Shown here: piece by piece, positions 7,626 through 12,836 of the stretch
Position numbering within the stretch: the stretch's first letter is position 1
Layout of the letters: every line of letters starts with the position of its first letter
NCBI GenBank assembly: GCA_964353455.1
Contig: CAYGWP010000511.1
Span: 1-15,054 of the forward strand
From: an uncultured Anaerolineales bacterium
GTDB lineage: Bacteria; Planctomycetota; Phycisphaerae; FEN-1346
Length of the DNA: 15,054 nt
Direction of reading: 5' to 3'
Made by a program: the position numbers and the translations under genes
The notes under the pieces: model-generated
Told to the model about the DNA's origin: nothing
Database searches by the model: none
What the model saw: the letters and a program-made list of their open reading frames with translations, nothing else

Positions 7626-7648
7626 CCCTCTCCCGCGAGGGGAGAGGG
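7626..7648. repeat. Palindromic repeat family B, copy 3: CCCTCTCCC-GCGA-GGGGAGAGGG.
   Basis: The stem is identical to copies 1 and 2. The loop is GCGA instead of GCAA, so the orientation is the same. It lies in the 207-nt spacer between the SPFH gene stop (7699) and the kinase ATG (7491). Confidence 0.8.
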
Positions 7649-7658
7649 AGACAACACG

Positions 7659-7676
7659 CGGCGGACAAGTCCGCCG
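7659..7676. repeat. Stem-loop CGGCGGA-CAAG-TCCGCCG, a 7-8 bp stem.
   Basis: An inverted repeat 23 nt downstream, on the minus strand, of the SPFH gene stop. It may be a terminator or processing hairpin, but no U-tract follows it. Confidence 0.4.
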
Positions 7677-7698
7677 GCTAAATGTTAAGTGTGAGTCA

Positions 7699-9525
7699 TC
7701 ATTTCTGCGGCTTGCCGCACTGGGAGCAGAAGGCGCCGTCGCCCTCGAGTTGGGCGTTGCAGTGTCTGCAACACGGGACGTTGATGACGACGGGCGGCCC
7801 CATGCCGCCACCGCCGGTCACGACCGTTTGAGCGGCATGGTGCGGCGCCTGGGCGCGTGTGACGGCCACGCCGCCCATCTCGTGCATGGCGACGCGTGCG
7901 ACGCGCTCTGTCCGGTTCGCCTCGTTCTGGTAGATGGAACGGATCTCGGCCAGATGTTCCTTGAGTATCCGCGCCTCGCCGACCGCCACCTGCCCCTCGG
8001 CCTCGTACTTCTTGGCGAGCGCTGCGGCGGCATCGGGGGAGGCGGCAGAGAGCACGGCCAGTATCTGTTCGGGGGTCATGTTCTGCTGGGCGCGGAGTTC
8101 CTCCAGGCGTGCGATGCGGTCTGCGGCCGGGCCATCGACGATTGAAAGGAGGGCTGCGGCGGTGGCCTTGCCGCGGGCCTCGAGGGTCCTGGCCTCGACC
8201 TCCTGTGCGTCGAGGGCGCGTTTGTGGTCGAGTTCCTCGACCTCCTCGCGGAGGCGGAGCGCCTCCTCGGCCTGGCGGATGTCCTCGATGTTTTCGAGGC
8301 GCTCGAGTTCCAGTTGGATTTTGCGTTTCTCGGCATCAGTCTTAGCGGTTTCGAGTTCGCGGCGGAGTTGTCGTGTGTGCCCCTCGTCGCGCTGCCGCTC
8401 CTCGGAGATGAGTTCTTCCCAGGCCCTGTCCCGGCGGGCCTTGTCGGAGATGGTTTCGATTTCGATCCGCCGCAGGAGTCCCTCGCGGTCGCGCTCGAAG
8501 CGGAATCGCTCCTTCAGGCGTTCCATCTCGTCTTCGCGGATGACCTGCTTGATGCCGAGTTCATGCTCGGTCTGGCGGACGAAGTCCTCGAAGTCCTTCT
8601 CGGTCTTGAAGGCGTGCATCTTGTCTTCGGTGAGGTTTTCGCGCAGCCGCTGGCCGAGGCGTGTGCGTGCGATCGTAAGTTCGGCCTCCTCCTCAGCGAG
8701 CCTCAGTTCGGCCTTCTCGCGGCGGATCTTCTCGTACGCCTCGCCGAAGAAGCGGATGAACCTGAGTTGCACCAGTTCCAGGCCCAGCCGCGTCAGGGTC
8801 CGCGCAATCGTCTCGCGGAGGTCCTGCTCGATGCGGTTGCGGATCTCAAGTTTCGTAAAGAGGTCCACGGTCGGGTACTGGTGGACGATGCCCGCGAGGA
8901 GCATCTGTACTTCGCCGGCCATCTGCGATTCGAGGTCCGCCAGTTCGACGCGGTTCCGGCCCTTGAAGAGGTTGACGAACATGGCGTCGGGGTCGCGTGC
9001 GCGGAAGACGAGGCGCTCGGCGGTGCCGACCTCCTGGCCGTCTTCGGTCCAGAGGTCGCCGTTCTCGACGTCGATGATGACGTCGCCGGCATCGCAGATG
9101 ATGGCGCTGGCGGGCTCGTGGACGAGGAAGTTGCGGAGTTTGCTGAGGAAGCCGCCCATGTCGTAGCGTCCCTCGCCGAGTTCGCCCTTGAACTCGCCGT
9201 TCTGGAAGAGGAGCGCCCGCGTTCCGTGCTCGACGATGAGGGGCTTGGTGAGCCAGCCCTGGATGTCCTGGTCATCGACGCGGACGGCGAAGTCTTCGGG
9301 CCTGCGCGACCAGCGGTCCTCGATGAGGATGGGCTTGCTCATGATCGCCAGGTCGGCCCCGCACCGCCAGCAGAACTTCGAGGCGGTGCTGACCTCGGCC
9401 TTGCAAGCCCCGCACATGGCCAGGCCCCTGGGGGCGTTTCCGCCGCAGTGCGGGCAGAACCGCGAACCCTTGCGGACCCGCATGTTGCACTCCGGGTTCC
9501 TGCACTTGTCGGTGAAGATTCCCAT
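7699..9525 (-). CDS. SPFH (band-7/flotillin-like) domain protein with two tandem N-terminal zinc ribbons, a long charged coiled coil and a C-terminal zinc ribbon. 608 aa.
   Basis: ATG at 9525..9523 has a strong RBS, AAGGAG with a 6-nt spacer (reverse complement of 9532-9537). The N-terminus carries CRNPECNMRVRKGSRFCPHCG and CGACKAEVSTASKFCWRCG. The central region matches SPFH-core features (...LIVEHGTRALLFQNGEFKGELGEGRYDM..., ...VDLFTKLEIRNRIEQDLRETIARTLTRLGLELVQLRFIRF...), followed by an E/R/A-rich heptad region typical of flotillin/HflK tails. The C-terminus is CCRHCNAQLEGDGAFCSQCG. Confidence 0.8.
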   Translation of the reverse strand: MGIFTDKCRNPECNMRVRKGSRFCPHCGGNAPRGLAMCGACKAEVSTASKFCWRCGADLAIMSKPILIEDRWSRRPEDFAVRVDDQDIQGWLTKPLIVEHGTRALLFQNGEFKGELGEGRYDMGGFLSKLRNFLVHEPASAIICDAGDVIIDVENGDLWTEDGQEVGTAERLVFRARDPDAMFVNLFKGRNRVELADLESQMAGEVQMLLAGIVHQYPTVDLFTKLEIRNRIEQDLRETIARTLTRLGLELVQLRFIRFFGEAYEKIRREKAELRLAEEEAELTIARTRLGQRLRENLTEDKMHAFKTEKDFEDFVRQTEHELGIKQVIREDEMERLKERFRFERDREGLLRRIEIETISDKARRDRAWEELISEERQRDEGHTRQLRRELETAKTDAEKRKIQLELERLENIEDIRQAEEALRLREEVEELDHKRALDAQEVEARTLEARGKATAAALLSIVDGPAADRIARLEELRAQQNMTPEQILAVLSAASPDAAAALAKKYEAEGQVAVGEARILKEHLAEIRSIYQNEANRTERVARVAMHEMGGVAVTRAQAPHHAAQTVVTGGGGMGPPVVINVPCCRHCNAQLEGDGAFCSQCGKPQK

Positions 9526-9558
9526 GCGTTTCTCCTTAACCGCGCCGGAGCCCGGCGG

Positions 9559-10242
9559 CTACAGCGGCCGCGCGGCGTGCCGGACCGCGCGCGTCAGGCC
9601 GCGCAATATGAGCAGGATGATGATCAGCGCCAGGAGCGCCCCGATCAGCAGCAGCGGGTAGCGCCAGAACTCCATGATGGCATCGCTCCAGTGGATGTAC
9701 GCCTCGCCGACCACCGGGCCGCTCGACCAGAGTATCTGGCCGGTCTCAACGTCGGCCATGCGGACGGTCATCTTGACGTAGCCGCGTATGCTCCAGAGGT
9801 TGAGGCCCGATTCCCAGATGTCGCCGTACAGGATGGCATCGACGCCCTTGATCTTGCCGAACTTCTGGACCGTGGCGGAGTCCATCACGTCCTCTCGCTT
9901 GACGCCCCACTCGATCTCGGCCAGCAACTTGTCCCACGTCTCATCGAGGCGCGTGAACAGTTTGAACTGGGACTTCGTGAGGGCGGTCTTCATGGCGTTG
10001 GTGGCGTAGAGGTTGTCGGTGTCGCGCCGCAGCGGGATGACCGCCACGTTCGGCACGTCGGCGAATCGTTTGGGGTCTTCGGCCCGCCTTGCAGCCAGGC
10101 TGTCCTGGACCTGTGCAACGGCGACATCCATGGCCCGCTGTACGGTGTCTTCCTCGCTGGCGGCGGCCGGCGGCGCCGATGCCAGGACCGTCACGAAGAG
10201 TCCGAGGAGGATTGCGGCAGAAAGTCGTGCATGCGTTCTCAT
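9559..10242 (-). CDS. Exported protein of 227 aa with a CsgG/LpoB-like fold. It has an N-terminal signal peptide and a C-terminal TM anchor.
   Basis: ATG at 10242..10240 is preceded by GGGAGA with a 7-nt spacer. The signal peptide is MRTHARLSAAILLGLFVTVLASAPPAAAS. The core VAVIPL...LFTRLDETWDKLLAEIEW...GKIKGVDAILYGDIWES...YVKMTVRMADVETGQILWS follows the CsgG/LpoB/TolB-N pattern (buried [IV]-x-[IV]-x-P, a G-x-D-x-[IL]-x-G strand, and a terminal V-x-L-[IV]-D-x-x-TG-x-[IV]-x-W-S). The C-terminal hydrophobic stretch is LLLIGALLALIIILLILRGL. Confidence 0.7.
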   Translation of the reverse strand: MRTHARLSAAILLGLFVTVLASAPPAAASEEDTVQRAMDVAVAQVQDSLAARRAEDPKRFADVPNVAVIPLRRDTDNLYATNAMKTALTKSQFKLFTRLDETWDKLLAEIEWGVKREDVMDSATVQKFGKIKGVDAILYGDIWESGLNLWSIRGYVKMTVRMADVETGQILWSSGPVVGEAYIHWSDAIMEFWRYPLLLIGALLALIIILLILRGLTRAVRHAARPL

Positions 10243-10283
10243 GGCGTGATCTCCCTATGGTTTCGCGTGGTCTTTGGCAACGG

Positions 10284-11294
10284 TTATTGCCAGTGCCTGC
10301 GTCGGGCGTCGATGACCTCGCCCTTGCGTTCGATGCGTTTGATCTCTATGCCGCCCCTGCGGAGTTCCGACACGTAGGCCGTCAGGAACCGTTCGACGTC
10401 GAAGCGGCAGAGAACTTCGTACACGGCCAACTGCTGCTTGTCGTCCCAGAATTCGAGCGATACGTAGTAGATGCCCGGCCGGGCCTGGAGCCCGACGCGC
10501 AGGTCGTCGGCCTGGTCGGCATTGTCGATGTTGCCGACATACATGCTGACGCGCACGAGGCTGGTGGCCTCCCACTTGCGGACGACCTCGTCCGTCAGGT
10601 AGGTGGCGAGGTCCTTTGCGGCTGATTCCTGCGCGTCCTCGGCGGCCTGTCGCTCATCGAGGGCCCTGCGTCCGCGCTTCAGGATCGTCCGCGACGCGAT
10701 CACCTGGTGCGTCGCCAGGTTCAGCACCTTCGCGTTCATGTTGCTCTCGAAGGACCAGAAGTTGCCGAACTTGTCCTGCTTCTTCGAGTCGCCCTGGACG
10801 ACGATTGCGATATTGCAGTCGTTCGCCTTTCGGAACGCATCCTGCATGCTCTCTGAGGGCGCCGAGCCCATGCTGGACGTGCTCTGGATGACCTTGAAGC
10901 CCAATTCGGCCAGTTTCTGCGTGAGGGCGTTGCGTGCGGCGTCCGACGGCTCGATGCCCGTCGAGAGCACCAGCCGCTCATCCGCGCTCACGATGAGGCG
11001 CTGGAGGTTAAGGAGCGTCTGCTCGATGATCCGCTGCTTCTCGGCGTCCGACATCTGGCCCTTCAGCGGCGGACGGAAACCCGTCACCACGTCGGGCCGC
11101 TGGGCCGGCGGATGCACCGGCACCACCTCCTGCGGCGGCGGAGGAGGCGGCGTCTGGAACTCCGGCCCGGGCCGCACGGGCTGCGCACGCGGACCCGGCC
11201 AATCCGGCTCGTGCCGCCGGTCCGGGCCGCATCCTGAGAGCATTGCGGCCGCCACCACGACAAGAATCCCGATCGCAACTCTGTGCGGCGTCAT
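10284..11294 (-). CDS. Lipoprotein of 336 aa. It has a Pro-rich disordered linker and a C-terminal globular domain of unknown function, possibly an LpoB-like fold.
   Basis: The track ORF starts upstream at 11345. An in-frame ATG at 11294..11292 is preceded by AAGGAG (reverse complement of 11302-11307) with a 7-nt spacer. It gives MTPHRVAIGILVVVAAAMLSGC, a classic SPase II signal with lipobox LSG|C. A ~50-aa Pro-rich tract follows, PGPRAQPVRPGPEFQTPPPPPPQEVVPVHPP. Lipobox plus Pro-rich linker plus globular domain is the LpoB-type layout. The downstream domain is protein-like but I do not recognise it. Confidence 0.75.
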   Translation of the reverse strand: MTPHRVAIGILVVVAAAMLSGCGPDRRHEPDWPGPRAQPVRPGPEFQTPPPPPPQEVVPVHPPAQRPDVVTGFRPPLKGQMSDAEKQRIIEQTLLNLQRLIVSADERLVLSTGIEPSDAARNALTQKLAELGFKVIQSTSSMGSAPSESMQDAFRKANDCNIAIVVQGDSKKQDKFGNFWSFESNMNAKVLNLATHQVIASRTILKRGRRALDERQAAEDAQESAAKDLATYLTDEVVRKWEATSLVRVSMYVGNIDNADQADDLRVGLQARPGIYYVSLEFWDDKQQLAVYEVLCRFDVERFLTAYVSELRRGGIEIKRIERKGEVIDARRRHWQ

Positions 11295-11341
11295 GGTCCG
11301 TCTCCTTTCACCGTTAGATGAATCGTTTTCAATAGGTTCGG

Positions 11342-12604
11342 TCACGTCCTGGAAATCACCAGCCCGGAGTCCTTGGCCTCATATAGCGTGAATTCCCCGC
11401 CGCGGGCAAGTTCGCCGAACGCGGCGCGGACCCAACTCGCGTCGGCCCGGCAGGACCGGACCGCACCGGCCAGCGTCACGGCGTTCTTGCGCTGGACGGC
11501 CTCGCGGATCTCCTCGATGCACCGGGCCAACTCCGCGGCATACCGGGCAGGGGCGACCAGCGGCCAGAACGGCCAGAGGCGCTTGTCGGATTCATCCATG
11601 ATGACCCGGTCGGCCGCAAGGTCCCCGAGCGCCAGGGCGGCCCGCCGGTCGCGGAACGCCTTCGCGTGATGCCGCTTGGCGACCACGGCCGCCGCATCCT
11701 CTGTCCAGCCCGTCGGCGAGGCCACGACGACGACGCGGAAACCTTCCTTGCCCTCGGTCCCGACGATTAAGGAATTCAGATATGCACTAAGTTCTGATTC
11801 GCCGACCGGCTCGACGTCGTACCCCTGCGTGCGGAGCGTCTCGGGCCGCGCCAGAAACCGCGCCTCAAGCACCAGGCACCCCTTGGGCTTTCCCCAGCCG
11901 CCGGTGCGAAGGGTGAAGCGGCTGGCGCGGTTCAGGGGCCCGTGGCCGTCGTCGCGCTGGGGCGATTCGATCTCGTGCGCCACGCGGGCGTCGCGCAGCG
12001 GAATCGCCAGACCTGACAGCGGGTCCGGCAGTTCGTCGATCTCGTCGAGCCGCTGGCCGAACGACCGGAGGAACGTCTCCTCCGCGAGGCGCGCCTCGGC
12101 CGCCGTCGCGACGGGCCGGCCTTCGGCACGCAGCCGCGCGACCGTCTGCTCGACCGTTTCCCTCGCGGCCGGCCTCTCGACCGGCGCGGGGGCAATGGAA
12201 GCAGCCGAGCCCGCCGCGGGAGCGGCGGGGCATATTTCAGTCGATTCCTCCGGCTCTTCCGCCGGGTGCTCTTCGCAAACCCTGATTTTCCGTATCGACC
12301 AGCAGGCCTGGCAGATCTCGCCGCCGCACTCCTCGCATGGGCCGCCGACCGACAATTCGCTCACCATCGCCTTGCCACAGGCCCCGCACCGCAGGCCCTC
12401 CAGGGCCGTCAGGCCGCGCTTGGCCTCGGTGGCGACCCGCTCCTTCTGCTTCTCGAAGTAGGCGTCGAGGTCCTCGGCCCGGACGCGGTAGATGCGACCG
12501 ATCTTGCCGGCGGGTATCTCGCCGCCGCGGACCAGGCGATAGATGGTCTTGTACTCGACCCCAAGCCGGTCCGCCGCTTCTTCCAGTGTCAGATAGTCAG
12601 CCAT
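11342..12604 (-). CDS. Putative DNA-binding protein of 420 aa. It has an N-terminal excisionase/MerR-type helix-turn-helix, a zinc ribbon, and a C-terminal domain of unknown function.
   Basis: ATG at 12604..12602. The N-terminus MADYLTLEEAADRLGVEYKTIYRLVRGGEIPAGKIGRIYRVRAEDLDAYFE is a textbook excisionase-family HTH_17 signature. The zinc ribbon is CGACGK...CEECGGEICQAC at ~12300-12390. The C-terminal ~270 aa is unrecognised. An AT-rich intergenic island lies upstream. Confidence 0.8.
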   Translation of the reverse strand: MADYLTLEEAADRLGVEYKTIYRLVRGGEIPAGKIGRIYRVRAEDLDAYFEKQKERVATEAKRGLTALEGLRCGACGKAMVSELSVGGPCEECGGEICQACWSIRKIRVCEEHPAEEPEESTEICPAAPAAGSAASIAPAPVERPAARETVEQTVARLRAEGRPVATAAEARLAEETFLRSFGQRLDEIDELPDPLSGLAIPLRDARVAHEIESPQRDDGHGPLNRASRFTLRTGGWGKPKGCLVLEARFLARPETLRTQGYDVEPVGESELSAYLNSLIVGTEGKEGFRVVVVASPTGWTEDAAAVVAKRHHAKAFRDRRAALALGDLAADRVIMDESDKRLWPFWPLVAPARYAAELARCIEEIREAVQRKNAVTLAGAVRSCRADASWVRAAFGELARGGEFTLYEAKDSGLVISRT

Positions 12605-12795
12605 GACAGGATTCCGTAGAGATGTCCCCTTTCCAATTGCCGTGGAGTCTGTCGCAATGAGATACGCAAGTCAAGGACTTTTCTTGCCTCACTTACCCGG
12701 AATATCCCTCTCTTTCCCGAGATTTTCATAAGTCGTTGTCGCAAAAGGAATTATGGCCCTCGATATGAGGCACAAACTGCCCCCATGCCAACACG

Positions 12796-12813
12796 CGGTC
12801 GCCAAGGCGACCG
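12796..12813 (-). terminator. Hairpin CGGTCGCC-AA-GGCGACCG downstream of the FHA gene. Possibly an intrinsic terminator-like structure without a U-tract.
   Basis: A perfect 8-bp inverted repeat 24 nt after the FHA gene stop (TGA at 12839..12837). It lies at the edge of the only AT-rich island in the window. Confidence 0.35.
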
Positions 12814-12836
12814 GCTAAATGGGGGCTTCGGGGGTT

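Noticed and set aside
1335-7648. Whether the repeated palindromes could be a CRISPR array.
   Set aside because: There are only three copies, separated by ~3 kb of protein-coding sequence, with no regular short spacers. They are REP-like intergenic palindromes, not CRISPR repeats.
7934-10377. Long plus-strand ORFs 7934..9166 (Ser/Arg-rich) and 8224..10377 (717 aa).
   Set aside because: They are antisense to the SPFH gene and the CsgG-like gene. They have no RBS or domain signals. The minus-strand genes have strong RBSs and recognisable domains.
11342-12604. Whether the excisionase-type helix-turn-helix marks a prophage or integrative element.
   Set aside because: There is no integrase, recombinase, att-like direct repeat, tRNA or phage structural gene in the window. 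The HTH is fused into a larger zinc-ribbon protein consistent with the rest of the cluster.
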